A DNA stretch of 64,000 bases from Auanema rhodensis (Eukaryota > Animalia > Nematoda). Below the pieces are notes generated by a model that was not told the origin of the DNA, did no database searches, and saw nothing but the letters and a program-made list of their open reading frames with translations. The DNA lies in assembly GCA_964057225.1 (NCBI GenBank), contig OZ059896.1, positions 10,168,001 through 10,232,000 of the forward strand, given 5' to 3'. This document shows, one piece after another, positions 1 to 13,537 of this stretch (position 1 is its first letter; each line of letters starts with the position of its first letter). A program made the position numbers and the translations under genes.

Positions 1-3000
1 GAAAGGAATTTAGATGCTACAGATAGTAGAGGACATTTTTTTGAGCAGCCCGATTGACAAAAACAGGATTTTTTCGTTTGAACTTTCAATGTCTGCCAAA
101 ATCTTAATTGAGAAGATGTGATGGATGAGTACAGAAACAAAAAAATACAGATTAACCGAAATGAGAGTAATCAGAATCAACTGTAAATTATTTCTTTAGG
201 AAACAGTTATGATGAAGGATCGTATGGTATGTTTCAATATTATTGTGGAAGCAAATGAAATTGCCAACAAAAAAAAACTGAAAAACAGTAAAGTTGTTGA
301 AAGAGACTATTAATTAGAGTTAAATAAAATAATTAATGATAGTTAGCATATAATAAACTAATTATAATTAATATAAATAAAATAATAATTGAAATAGAAA
401 GAAATATAGTTAGTTATGTATTCGTAACAATTTGTCATGAAATCTTGCCTACACTGAGGTCAGATAAAGAACAAATGTTCAATATAAATATAGTTAGTCA
501 ATTGAATATATAGTATATAGACGGAAACAAAACGATATGAATGATCATGTTCTTTGAATTCTTTTAAAAAATATATAAATAGAAGTATCCATGACAATTT
601 GTGCCGACAATGAATAAACTTTATTTGTTTAAGTCAGTACGCCTTCATGAAGTTCATAGAAAAGTTACGGAAATGTGGGTTGACAATCAAACAATGAATA
701 TTTCTTTATATGGTATAGAAGATGTTTACTATAAAAATTGAATAAAGGTTAAAAAGGAGAAGATATCATATACCATATAACTTAAATATACATTATAAAT
801 AATTTATATAAAATATCATAAACTTACTTATATTATTTCATTTTTAATTTATTTTAGAGATACTGTAGAATAATTAATATACTTAACCTCTTCTTTTAAA
901 GGTCTTGAGATAACTATGAGGTAAACCGAGAATTCACGGCTAACAACAGTCACGATATTGATGATGAAAACATAGAGCCATACGAGACGAAAGTGGGCGT
1001 GGCCAAATGGTTACGGTAGTTGGAACAGGTCTTCTGTGGACGCAGGACTGTGGCCGGTAGGTGCGGCACGCGCTTGGAACGAGCACAACACGCGACGTCG
1101 TCGTCGTCTTCGACATGAGAAATAGAATATATAGACAAGCAACGTCATAGTCTTCGAAGAAATAAGAACATGGTGAATATGTTCCACCGTAATCCAGATA
1201 GCTATAATGCATTGGACGTGACCAATGCCTCGTGATGCTGATGATGACGATCCACGTTGCAAATCATTTGTATGGTCGCAGTTAAAACACAGAAGAAAAA
1301 GGGATGGTGCTAGATCAAACGAGAACGTAAACATATAGAAGATTGACTATATTGGAAAAAGACACATTGTTAAGCATATATAAAGCATGTGAAAGTAATA
1401 ATTGTGTTAATATGACGGTATGAATCAAAAGAAATTTTTACGAAAAGAAGATATGGATAAGCGGATACCTGCAGATGGTAGCACGTGAACAGATTGCGTG
1501 AACAAACAGAAAATGACAAAGTGCTGCCATGAGGCTCAAGCATCAATGCTTACTCAGCCTTATTTACTCGTTGGCAAATAAGGTAGTTCGGACGTTTTTA
1601 CAGCAACTTAAAAGGTTTTTTTCTCATCATAAACTGTCTTGAGATCTCAAAAGGTAAATATAAAGGTATTGCTTTTGCTTCTATACAAAGTTTATTAGAA
1701 ATATAAGTATTTTTGAAATGATCTTGTGTTATAATGTCCAAATAAGTGACATTCCATAAGTATTTTCTCACATATATTTAGATTTGAAAGAAATATTCAC
1801 ATGATACTTGTAGATAATACTATATCAAGTATTAGAAAAAGATACTATATAAAGGATTATAACAAGTACTTCATAATTATACAAATTATATGAATATGAT
1901 TAATATTAGAATATATTTATAAGTTAGATTATTATTTTAAAAATTAAAAAATATACAATAAAATAGTCATATCTTATAAACTTAAGCATGAAGCTCAGGC
2001 TTATCTCATAATTAGATGTTGTCGGATATGACTTAGTCATCCGGTTGCTTTGGGCAAATATTGCCATGAGCAAGTTGCTCATTACAATATGATAACAGAC
2101 AAGTGCTAATTTAAGTGACATATAGTTAATATTTAGTTTATTTATAATAAAAAATATTAATAAAATTCATTTTTATATATAATATTAAAGATTATTATAT
2201 ATAACAGAGTACTGAATGAATGAGACAAATCGGTCATTGTACAGTATATGAAATGGTTTGTATGATCATCACCAAAATCATCATCATCGGGTCCAAAAAC
2301 GTTTTGGTCCAATCGACCTGTCAATTCGGATTATCGTTGACTTCTTTTGGCTTCGTCCCGATAGCCGCCATGAGATAAAGGTTTGAGGAGACAACTTCTT
2401 GGCAAAAGTTTGGGAAACCGAAACTTTCATACTGGAACAAGGTCATATTGTATATTCAAATATTTCTAAATTCATATGGAAGTAAGCATATTACTTTAAT
2501 CTTTCATAAAATGAAACTTAATTTCATATAATTATGGTTATTTAACTAAATTTTATATAATTTTTATTTATTTATTAGAATATTTTAGGTTATATAAACT
2601 TAATTAGAGCAAATAATTTTTTAATGAAAATAATATGAAATAAGCTTAACATGATGCTGTAAAAGCTATTGATATCATCAATAATTCTAATCATCAATAT
2701 AATTTCAAATTTAAATAACTTCTCTATCGTCAAATAAATAAATTTTCAATAAAACATTATTTATAAATTGTATTGCAATCAATGAAATCGTAATAAACTG
2801 AAGTATTTGAAAAGAAAAATTATCGACAGGGAGCCTTGTTCGTTCGACTGGGTGAAGATAGATTGAGACCATCATCGTCCTCTAGTTGAAGTATACACGG
2901 TGGTAGAGTGATCCATCACACAGCGCCGTTTGCACGAAGAAAACGAAGAATCATCATATTCGTCGTTTGTGTCGTTGTCGTCGTCATCGTCGTTGAAAAC

Positions 3001-3659
3001 GGCCACGGAAGAAATGGCCATATTCATCATTATCATCAGAGGATTGTCGTCTTCATCAGATCATCATCTATTTCGTTTTTCATACACTTAAGCAGTTACT
3101 CGTGTGCTGCGACACATCGTCGCCATCATCACCGTTATCATCATTATCATAGGTTTCTGTTATCTTTTCTTGTTTTCTCATAACATCTTTTTATATTTTT
3201 ATAATTCTCTCTATATATTCTTTGTCTTTTTCATATAAATCGTTCCTTCAATTCTTATTTCTTCGTTATCAATATATTATATGAAGTATACTTATATATA
3301 TATATATAGTTATATGTATATTATAATATATATTATTTATATTGTATGTTAATTTTATAAATTAAATATGAATAAATATTTTTACAATAGTTTAGTAATA
3401 GTAAATAGAAAAGTAAATAGTTTTTAAATTTATATATATATATATATATATAACTATATATATAGTTATTATAATTAAATCTTTACACTATTTTAGCGCA
3501 AAAACATTAACATGTACTTTATCAATGTAATGGATGTCATAAATCGCTTTTGAAACAACAAAAACGGCGCATAAAGATCTGTCTGACACTATATGCATGT
3601 AGGTGTCAGGCTATTTGTCGTTGTTAAAATAAACAATCGTTCTATATAAACTACTCTAC

Positions 3660-3660
<1 letters not shown>

Positions 3661-3697
<37 letters not shown>

Positions 3698-3748
3698 CAC
3701 TCTCTCACTCTTTCTCCTTCTCTCTCTCTGTCTCTGTCTCTTTCTCTC
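3661..3748. repeat. (CT)n microsatellite; others at 5833-5871 (TTA)n and 17884-17931 (CT)n
   Basis: Directly visible simple repeats. Confidence 0.9.
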
Positions 3749-4156
3749 TATACATATTACCTTGGTTATACACTTTGTCTAAATCGTCAACATAATTTGT
3801 TCATGGAAAAGATTGATGGCAACGATAATAATCGTCCTTCTTCATCTTCATTCTCTTTTTCTTCTTCGTCGTCAGTGTCTGTAGCTGCTGTCTTCATACC
3901 CCCAAGCAGCCAATCTCGTATGACCAAAATATAAATCTGTGAATAAGCGCGAACCCGTCTTACCCTTGCTTCGAAATCGATCTCCATGATCATAAATCGG
4001 AAGACAACCCGATTTTCTGCTATTGTTGATGAAAGTAGGAGCACTATCATCAGCAATGAATGATTTAAGAAGCAATGGAATCAAAGTCAATAATATTTGA
4101 AGCAGAAAGCTTGGATATAGAAGAAAAAGGGGAAGACGAGTAGGAGATAGAGGGAA

Positions 4157-4187
<31 letters not shown>

Positions 4188-5830
4188 TGTGAGGAGGAGA
4201 GGGCAACAAGAGATAAACTGTTACAAAATACTTGGACGAACTTGACAGATGCATTGTTCATGAATCATATCGATGGCATTCCTGTATGCATCTCCGAACT
4301 ATTAGAGTACCATTTGAGAATGCAGGGGATCAAGAGAGAATGAGAGAATAAGGGGGATGGTGTCCTTCCAATGCAATCTTTCTTACAGAAGTTTTTCGTC
4401 AGATCGTTCAACCATATTTCAATCAGATTACCTGTATGTGTCAATGTCCATACATATAAGATCTATGATAAAATCGGAAAAAAAAGTTTAATACTTCATC
4501 AGTTTAATAAGAAAAAAAAACAAAATTATAGAGGGAAATCTACCTGAATATTCAATTTCAGTCTATATAAGTCTGTTTGATTAATGATTGTCTATTATTG
4601 ATGATTACCAAACAAAGCTATAAGTGTTTCCCATGCACTTTCTGAGACCTAATTAATTGAAAATCTTTAAAAAATTAGAAATTCTTCATGAAAAGGTCAA
4701 TTTTGTCTTGTCTGAATAAGATTTTACAGTAATATATAAGATAAATGGACTAGTTGATCTGTTTCCCGCGTTTAATCATACGTATAGTATTTCTCAGTCA
4801 TTTATAATTTGTCTTGTAAGTTCATAATGAAATAAAGATTATAGAGCCATATGAAGGACATATGCTGTAAGTGCTTCTCAATCACTCATTATTCGTCTTT
4901 GTCACTTTCTTACCTCCTTTCAAACCGAATATGGGAATGTGTGTGAGAGAGAGAGAGAGAGAGGTTGAGTGAGTGAAAGAACGGCTGCTACTGTCGGATG
5001 CACTTTAGCTAGTGTATATTTGAACATCAACATCATTGCCGTTGACTGAGGAAGAAGACAACACTCAATGATCAGTAGTGGCTACTGTGTTTGGCTCATG
5101 ACTAACTAACTGACTGACTGACTGGTTGCTGTGGCTGACTAACAGACAGAAGAATGACTTACTGACTGATTGAATGACTTTGAAGACGTAACTGAGGAAA
5201 GATCAGCGGTGACAGCGACGATATACATACATGAATGTACGTAACCAATTGATAGACGATATCGTCGTGTTTCGATGGATGATTACGGTAGTCGGCAACA
5301 ATCGACGATGTCATCCTACAAAGGTCCAATCAGCTTGTGTCAATCTTTCGACGCTTAGAGTAATCAGTCAAGCTTTGAAGTGAAATGACATTTCTAGCGG
5401 GTGGTCTGTACAGTTCGTTTGAAATTTGAAAACAATTTTTTTGAAACAAAAAGTCAAAAAAAGAAGAATCGTTGAAGATATTAAAGATAAAACATATGTA
5501 AATATGTATTATATCATTGTAATTATGTATAAATATAAATAAACTCTATAATTAAAGGTCATCATGATATCGGCATATTTGTTAAAAATAAAAAAAGTGG
5601 TATAACTAAATAAGTATATAATTATAAATATTTATAAAGATTTAGATTTACGATAAAATATCTATATAACCAATGTTTCTTTTTAATTATAAATAAAGAA
5701 ACTGTTAAAAAGAACAATCAATAAACCTAAGTTTTTATAAATGTATATGCGCACGTCATATCGTATGTCATATACATAGGTACTATACTTTTATTTGTTT
5801 TTAAATCCTGGTAATTAAATAAATAAATAA

Positions 5831-5873
<43 letters not shown>

Positions 5874-5941
5874 AAAACTTTAATATGATCATTCTAAAAA
5901 TACAATTGAGATAGTTCAACCATATATTTCATTGTGGTCTT

Positions 5942-5955
5942 GTTACCATGGTTAC
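5942..5955 (-). promoter_or_regulatory. X-box (RFX/DAF-19 binding site) upstream of dyf-18
   Basis: GTTACCATGGTTAC; reverse complement GTAACC-AT-GGTAAC fits the nematode X-box consensus RTHNYY-WT-RRNRAC. It lies 330 bp upstream of the ATG of a ciliary kinase. Confidence 0.8.
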
Positions 5956-6284
5956 CATGTCATGCTAAAATATAGCATGGAAGGTTATTTACTTACGGAA
6001 TCAAAAATATTGATTAATACCCATCTTCTAATAAAGAAAATGTAATATTTCTACATATATATGTATAAATATAATTTATTTTATTTTAATTATTTCTTTA
6101 TACAAATATATAAATTTAATTTTAACTCTTTTACTATTACGTATTTTATTTAATTATTATTTTTAATAATATAATATATTTTATATTTAAATAAATAAGA
6201 AGTTTTTTATCATTTTATTTTTAGATATATCAATGCTCAAGTAATAAATCATGATATTTGGTTACCATATAGAAATAATTACAA

Positions 6285-9200
6285 ATGGAAAAATATCAAG
6301 AAGAAGGAAGAATTGGTCAAGGTGCTTATGGAGTTGTCATAAAAGCAAGATCAAAACAGGTAACATTTCATAAATAATTTGTTATATTATTTGAAATATT
6401 ATTTATTATTATTTATTATTTAAATATAAATATAATAATTTAGACTGGTCAAGTTGTAGCCATTAAGAAAATGGGATTATCAAGAGATCGTCTTCTTATT
6501 GTTCGTGAAATATGTTCATTACGTAATCTACAGCATCCTAATGTAAAATTATAATATTTTCTTTTTAAATTTAAAATATTTTTTGGTTTTAAGATTTTAA
6601 AATTAATTGATTGTTTCTCTTCACTTGATACAATATCTATAGTAACAGAGTTTGTTTCATATCATTTAAACGATATATTTATGGATTCACGTAGGCCCAA
6701 AGATGAAAATTTTGTCAGGTAAAGTCATATAGTTAATTTATATTTTAAATTAACTATATATAACTATATATATCTATAATATTTTTTATACTTTTCAGAT
6801 ATTTTTATGCTCAAATTCTAGCGGGTGTTGCTCATATGCATAGTCTCAATATAATGCATCGAGTACGCATTTTATAATAATAAAATAATTACATAAAGCT
6901 AATATTATTTTTAGGATTTAAAACCTGAAAATATTCTTGTAACTTCATTGCTCGTAGTTAAGATAGCTGATTTTGGACAAGCTTGCCTGTATTTTCCAGA
7001 TGATCCTGATATCGAATACGAAGAAAATGTAAGTTTAAATGAAAATTATTACTGTTTTCTTTTTGTTGTTTTTTTGATAGTTAGCATGATGTTAATTATT
7101 CCTAATTATATATGTATAATACATTTGTATAAATATAAATATATAAAATATATTATAATATATAATATTATTCTACTTCTTCCTCTGCTTCTTCTTTTTC
7201 TTCTTCTTCTTCTTCTTCTTTACTCGATCCCCCAACTCTCGTTCTTTCTTTCATCATTTCATTCCATCCCTCCATCTCAGAAAAAAAATCAGGAAAATAT
7301 GTTAGCAATCGTATTGAACAATAATGTTTCTTAAACTTTCAAAATATCTCTCATTAATTCTTCACAAAATATTTTAGATTCGTTCACATTGTTCTCTCTT
7401 TGTATGTTCTTTACATCACAACTACACAGACACCTGTGGCTTCTATCAATTTGCCCCCAGGCTGTTTTATTAGCTTGTTCGCTGTCAATCTTCTTCAATA
7501 GATTGAAGCATATGTTCCAACTTGCGCTTAGGTGCAAAGCCCTAAGAAAATGATGAGATTTGTATGAAAATTATTTTTAAATATCAAACATTCAAATATT
7601 ATTAAGTTCATTCAAAATATAACAAAAAAAAAGACAATTCAAAACATTTTTTAATTGTTATTGAATTTGAATTCATCAACTCTCTAGGGATTCAACCCTT
7701 TTTTCGTTTTGTTTACAAATCTAAAATTCACAATTAGGATAAGTTGAAAGAAAGCTTGTTTGAGATATTCCCATTGCTTTTTGTGTTTCAACTTTGAAAC
7801 TTTTTTAGCAATTTTCGATAAATTATCAAAACTCAAAAGAAAAATACAAAATAAAATGTTGTTTTCAAAGATTCAAAAATAAAAATTCATTTCGAATTTG
7901 TAGATTTTTTTATATTTTTCTAAATATTATATTATATCTCCTACTATATATACTTTGTATATGTACATAATATGAAAAACATATGTATACTATATGTTCA
8001 TATACATACATATAGTAAAAGGATAGAGAAAATAATCTTAAAATATTCATTTAATATTAATTTATGGATTATTCTATGATTTACAGGTCGCTACACGATG
8101 GTATCGAGCTCCAGAACTTTTATTTGGATCAAGGTTTTAAGCTACAATTGTATATTTAAATCTGTTAAACATTGATTTATAGAAAATATGGTCCGGCAGT
8201 TGATGTATGGTCATTAGGTTGTATTTTAACAGAATTTATGAATCCATCTCCTTTAATACGGGTAAGATAATTAATTATAAAATGAATTAATAAAAATAAA
8301 CTAAAATATATAATCTATATAGTATATATATATATATATATAATAATATTATAATATTATATGTATAACATAAGTTTTATATAAATTTGAAAAGCTTCAA
8401 ATATAAAAAAGTTGACAGAATTTTGTTATTTATTACTAAACTATTATAATGTCAATTATTTATAATTTCAATTGTCCATTGAAGGAAGAAAAAGTCAATC
8501 GAACTTTTCTTTTCCTTCAAAAAATTTTCTAAATTCTCCTTTCATGCCTTTTCTTTTCTATTATTCCCTTATACATAATGTCCGTCTGTTCGCTTGTCTA
8601 ATCTTTTCATTCACCGGCTTATGCTTTTCTATCCAGAACCACCGGATTCGACTATATTTGACCTCTTATTTGAAAAAAAAAGAGAAAGAGAGTAGATTGC
8701 TGAAAAGGAATAAGATCAATTATTATTAGAAAGGAAAACGCTTGAAGAACAAAGTAATTTACTATGAATTCAATTGGGCCTCTTAAGCTGACATGTGTCA
8801 ATGACATTTGCTAAACTTTTCTCTGAAATTTCGTTTAATATTGACACACAAAATATTTAATTTGTACCTTAAATCATATGTTAATGAGTGAATACTATAA
8901 TTTATATTTCAATTAATACTATATACATATACGTATATCTTATATATTTTCAGGGACGTACAGACATTGAACAAATTTCAAAAATATTCTCCTTGCTTGG
9001 TACACCATCTGAGCATAATTGGCCAACATGGTCAGCATTGCCGGATTCAAATAAATTAGTTTTCGAAGAACAGTCACCTCCTCCTTCGTTGTCAAGTTTA
9101 GGTAAATATCTGTAGTTTTTATGTAAAATTTTATATATAAATTTCAACAAAAGTTGAAGCACTTATGGAATTGTCAAAGCCATTTTAGTCCACAATCTCA

Positions 9201-9681
9201 GTCCATTTGATCAAGAAAAGTCAATTTCCGGATTTAGAGAACGGACATTAATTTGATATTTCGGGATAACTTGTCGCAAATCTATTTAACCTCACTTTAC
9301 TCTTTCTCGAAAAAAAAGTAAAAGAAAGTAGAATCAAATTGAGCAAAGAAATAAAAACGTAAAGCATAAATTAAACTTTTTTTCGTACATGTGTGTAGTT
9401 ATTGTCGTTAAAATATTCTTTATTTCGTACATTTTCCTCATACATAATGTGCATATTTCTAATTATATGCTTGCGACTTTTATACTATTTCAGTTCGAAA
9501 TGCTTCCGAATCCTTCATTCGATTTCTCTCACGTCATCTGCAGTTGGATAGTACTCGTCGCTCAACAATTCAAAACCTTCTAACACATGAATACATGCTT
9601 GGGCGTCAAGATAAGCCTTTATATCGAATCATTCGACGTCAACGTCTTCGTCGTTCTATTCCTCTTCTAGCTCGACGATGA
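6285..9681 (+). CDS. dyf-18: Cell-cycle-related kinase CCRK/CDK20 orthologue (ciliary kinase), 9 coding exons
   Basis: Exons at about 6285-6359, 6444-6542, 6594-6718, 6799-6862, 6915-7028, 8087-8132, 8183-8261, 8954-9101 and 9494-9681 splice in frame. Motifs: IGQGAYGVV, VAIKK, HRDLKPENIL, KIADFGQACLY, YEENVATRWYRAPELLFGS, DVWSLGCI, GRTDIEQISKIFSLLGTP. The DFGQACLY..YEENVATRWY signature matches DYF-18 as recalled. Confidence 0.9.
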
Positions 9682-12600
9682 TGTGATCGTGACAATTGGT
9701 TTTATTCTGTCAAAAATATCCTTGAAATATTTGTGTGAAAATTGACTTCTTTCAACAAAAAAAAATCTCTGCTACATGTCTATTATCTTTTTTTATGTAA
9801 AATTGTCAAATAATATAGATGGCATCATCATAAATCAATAGATTTGCATACATAAATGTATAGATTTTTCGATGAAAATCTCTTTTTGAAATAAGAAAAA
9901 TTATTTTAAATTACTTCAGTTTCGCTCTCAAAATTTTAATAAATCTGAATTTGAGTTAGAGGTTCTAAGTGAAGCCGTAGTCGTTGACGACCATTCTTGT
10001 TGTGACGCATGCCAACTTTGTTTACTCACTTTACCTTATTTGGAGAAATATAAACGTAAGAGAGTAAAATTGCAATATCTTTGAGTCCTCTAGCTTTCAA
10101 ACATTATTAAATATTATTTTTTCTTTATAAAAGAGGAATAATTTATATTCTGAGAGTTATTTGAAAGAATTACAAAGAAGACCTCAAAAACCGAATATAT
10201 ATATATATACTATATACTATATATTATATATTATATAATATTATATTATAATATTATTTTAAAAATAAGTTTTATATTGAAAGTTTACAAACTTTCCTTT
10301 AAACTCTTCATTTCGTGATATGAAGCATAAGAAATGCTGACCATAATGTGTATAAAATAACAAAAAATATTGAATTTTGAATTTATTGTTGTATAAATAA
10401 GTATTTTATATGAGATTATATAATTTATTTTGAATTCTTTAATATTTCTTTTTATTTCTTTTTGAAATACTGACTTCAACTATGTTTTTTCCTGACTACC
10501 CATGTTTGTTTCACATCAAACTATCGTTGTATTACTTTTTGCTTCTAGAAACTTCTTCTTAACATAAGTAAGTAGTGTTTTCATAACAGATTATAAGATT
10601 GAAATATCATTTAGTATTACATCAGTTTTTGAAATTTTAAAATAAATATTTTATTATTTTTCTCTTATTATTATTATTTTTTATTAAAAAATGATAAATT
10701 TTTAGTTTTGCAACTTCTTTTTCGAACTTTTTAAGCAATTGTTGTGTTGCATAGTCATGAACTTTTAGAATTCCTTAACTTCATTGATGTTGTATGTCGT
10801 AAATTTTCCCAATCAAGATGTGAGCTCATTGACACTTAATGAGGGACAAGCGAAAGAGGAACGAGGGTTCATTGAGAGGGACAGAAAGAGAAAGGAAGAT
10901 AAAGAGCTTGAGAGATAGAAAGAAATTTGAGAGAACATATAGATATACAGCTCTAATCTCATGCTCGTCAGCTGATTTTAACTATGCCTACACTACGGGT
11001 CGCAACTTGATGAAGGCTTCTACCATGGCTATTCCAATGGTCCAGCTATAGCCCCCTTCCCTTCTTCGCTTTCTCTTTTAATCTCCCTCTCTTCCTATTG
11101 TGTTCTTAGGGCTTGTCTCTGTGTCTTTTGCTCTCTTGCTCTTCATGTCTGTCCCTCTATATACTTCTTCATGAGTATATTCATATTTGTCTTTCTCAGC
11201 GGCCACCCTCAATAAGCTGACGAAGCGCTTCCGGGCTTGAAACAGCAGGCTCATAGTGCCCTGAGAAAATCATACTATACTTCAATTAATAAGTTATATA
11301 TCTATATATCTATATATCTATCTATATATATATATATATTAATACTGTTTTAAATATAAAACTAAAGTTGTTACATTTAACTGTCTCTGTATAGGTCAAG
11401 TGATTAATTTGTATTGTTTTCCATTTTTCTTTATATTCTTCTGAAAAGAAGAGTAATATTTCTGAAGGAAACTACACGGCAGAAGACAATAAGAAAGTGG
11501 AAAGTAGTGAAAGGAAGAAGGAGATAGCGAGAGAGAAAGGGAAAGAAAAGGAGAAAAAGAGAGGAAGAGAAGGGAAGAGAGACTAGAGATAGTTGGTGTT
11601 AGTTCTCCTTTGATCTTTCTGAAAACTTACTATTCTTTGAAACAGCTTCATCCTTTCATAAAGAAAAAAGAAGTGAAGTATAAGAGAATACTATAAAGAT
11701 GAATACAGAGAGAAAGTCGAACAAGACGCAAAGAAGCGAAGACAAGAGAAAGGAAGAAGAAGAAAGAGTTCCAGATGAACTTATAGATTTAGACATAGAA
11801 GAGAGTTTGAGCAAGTTAGTCAAACTCTGGAATCGATGTGGTCGTGGAGCTACTAAGAGAAGCAGACATGCAGAGTATGGAAAAGCTTGCCAAAACTCGT
11901 ATGAAAACCGAGAGGCCTGAGAGATGCAGAGAGCATAGAGAAGAGAGAAAGAAAGATGGAGGGAGCTTGAAAGACAACCTACTCTCCTCCCTCCTCGTCC
12001 CCTTTCCTTTTCATTCCTCCTCTTTTTCATTCTCTCTTACTCTCTTTCTTTTTTTTTCTTTTCCTCTCTTTATCTCCTTCACTATCGAAAAGCTGTGAGA
12101 AGGCTACAGCCTACTACAGAGCTAAGTTACTTTTCCATTTTTTATCAATCAATTTATCTTATAATTAAATCTTTTTTTTCTCTGTCCTTATTAAAAGTAT
12201 TAACATTGAAGTATCCAACAAATTTCCTTATATTTTTCTATTTCAACAATATTTTATTCAAGATTTATACTAAAAATACTTCATACTCTTCTCTTAGCCC
12301 ATATCTTTCCGGCATTTCGTAGATGAATTGTTCCAACATTAGACGAGATGACACCCGTAAGACTTGATTGAAAGAAGAAGAGCTTCCGAGTGAAAAAAGG
12401 ATAGGAAAATGAATAGCCGATTACTCAACTGCCAAATGTTCTTAACCGGATCGTTATTCCATTTAATCTACCCCCTCCCTCCAGTCCTCCCCTGTACTGC
12501 TTTTCATGTGTTCATCCATCCTGTTTTGTCTTTTGTTTTTACTTTCAAGTAGTGGATATTTTAAAAATATTTAAATTCAAAGAAAAATTTTTATTTTTTT

Positions 12601-13537
12601 TATAATTTAATATTTAATTTATATATATTTATATTTATATGTACAATATATAACATCATCATTCGTTTTATGATAGAAGCGATGTAACTTGCTGAATGAA
12701 GCACGCAAGGGTTTGTTGAAGTTTTTCTTAAATGTTACTTCTCGCCTATTTTATTATAAGCTTTAAGCTTATACCATGCTGCATTTTGGTTTAAAAGATG
12801 TTTACAAACTTCTTTTACATACATTATAATATAAATACCTTGTATATACATATGGTATATTGCATTATGCTGCCAACAGTTAGTTGTAAACCAAAAACTT
12901 CCTGAACAATTCTTCTATTTATATGTATTTAGCCTCTTTTAAATTCTAAATACGCATTTGTAAACTTTCAATAACAACAAAACAATGTTTTATGTTATCT
13001 GCTTTTTTCAATTCATTCGATCTGCTTCTTGTATTTTTGGACATCTCATCATTATTCCTTCAAACTAACTTCTTTGTTAATTCGTTTTCCTTTCGTTATA
13101 TTCAGTTTTTAAGCTTCCTTTTCAGTCTATTGATTCTCTTCTCTCTCTCTTTCTCTCTTATTCTGTCTTTCTATTTCTCTCTATCCAACTTCTTCTCTCT
13201 CTCTTCCCTTCTTTTTTTCTCTCTCTCTCTTTCTCTCTCTATATCTGTTTTATAGATGTATTTCGTTTTCGCCATCAACAATGACATTAAAAAACAACAT
13301 TGAGAATAAGAAAACTTAAAAAATAGTGTTTCAGAATTTTGACTTAAGCATGTGGTTGCTTGCTTGTTCTACTTCAAGATTTGAGCTGTGATTAGCATGT
13401 CTAGTTGTATCTACACATATAGACTTTACAAGTTCCTACCAATTTTCCCTATTTTCCCGTGCAACGTCGCTCGGATCTTAGCACGAGTTGAAGAGAAATA
13501 TTCATCATCTTAATCATACAGTTTCGAACAGATACTG

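Noticed and set aside
889-4261. GC-richer islands and several 60-130 aa ORFs
   Set aside because: No consistent spliced frame or recognisable motif; the ORFs are driven by simple repeats. They may be regulatory DNA or UTR exons of a gene beyond the window.
5100-5180. TGAC/CTGA short repeat cluster
   Set aside because: Looks like a degenerate tetranucleotide microsatellite; no spacer structure.
6261-6276. Second X-box half-site GTTACCATATAGAAAT
   Set aside because: Second half and spacing do not fit the consensus.
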